From the NCBI RefSeq assembly GCF_000009045.1, contig NC_000964.3, positions 4,020,001 to 4,052,000 of the forward strand: a stretch of 32,000 nt of DNA, read 5' to 3'. Of the stretch, positions 31,602 through 32,000 are shown one piece after another (position 1 is the stretch's first letter; each line of letters starts with the position of its first letter). Source of the DNA: Bacillus subtilis subsp. subtilis str. 168. GTDB taxonomy: Bacteria > Bacillota > Bacilli > Bacillales > Bacillaceae. The notes under the pieces are model-generated. The model did no database searches. It saw only the letters and a program-made list of their open reading frames with translations, and was not told where the DNA came from. Both the position numbers and the translations under genes were made by a program.

Positions 31602-32000
31602 TTAATAGTTGTCTCCGCCTGATGCATTTTCTCCTTTTACGATAGAAACGCCTGCGCTGGCGCCAATTCGGCTTGCTCCGGCCTCTACCATTGTGTCTAC
31701 ATCTTCTTTCGTTCTGACGCCGCCAGATGCTTTCACGCCGATATCAGGCCCTACTGTTTTGCGCATTAAGGCGATATCTTCCTTCGTTGCGCCGCCTGTA
31801 GAAAAGCCTGTTGATGTTTTTACGAAATCCGCTCCCGCAGACACCGCTAAACGGCATGCACGTTCTTTTTCTTCATCAGTCAGAAGGCACGTTTCGATAA
31901 TGACTTTGACAAGCGCTTTTCCGGCTACAGCTTCCACTACACCGCGGATATCAGCTTCCACCACATCGTCTTCCTTGTCTTTTAAAGCGGCAATATTAAT
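31602..32000 (-). CDS. deoC: Deoxyribose-phosphate aldolase, C-terminal part (5' end lies outside the window).
   Basis: The frame is open to base 32000 and stops at 31602-31604. Schiff-base Lys region [10 protein letters not shown]; the protein ends ...ENASGGDNY. Confidence 0.93.
   Translation of the reverse strand: MNIAALKDKEDDVVEADIRGVVEAVAGKALVKVIIETCLLTDEEKERACRLAVSAGADFVKTSTGFSTGGATKEDIALMRKTVGPDIGVKASGGVRTKEDVDTMVEAGASRIGASAGVSIVKGENASGGDNY

Overview
This window reads as a Bacillus subtilis 168-type chromosomal segment. I recognised it from gene order and protein sequences and could not run a search. On the minus strand, left to right: a run of small uncharacterised ORFs (yxiF/yxzC/yxiG and neighbours); the wapI-wapA YD/Rhs-type wall-associated polymorphic toxin pair; yxxF (EamA transporter); yxiE (universal stress protein); bglH-bglP with its LicT RAT/terminator leader; the LXG/type VII toxin cassette yxiB-yxiC-yxiD-yxxD-yxxE; and abn2 (GH43 arabinanase). 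On the plus strand: the complete histidine-utilisation operon hutPHUIGM with its HutP antiterminator site. On the minus strand again: pdp-nupC-deoC (deoC partial). I saw no rRNA, tRNA, CRISPR, transposase or integrase. Most of the window is well-described core catabolism, and the accessory content is two interbacterial toxin/immunity loci. I do not see a wholly new multi-gene system. The least-explained pieces are: (i) the immunity-sized gene array stranded behind the wapA-wapI terminator, including one ORF split by a single in-frame TAG; (ii) a second, partner-less immunity-like gene (yxxE) after the LXG toxin/immunity pair; (iii) a perfect anti-SD-complementary element plus an overlapping short ORF in the bglP leader; (iv) a two-module CBM-like insertion inside the WapA YD-repeat region.
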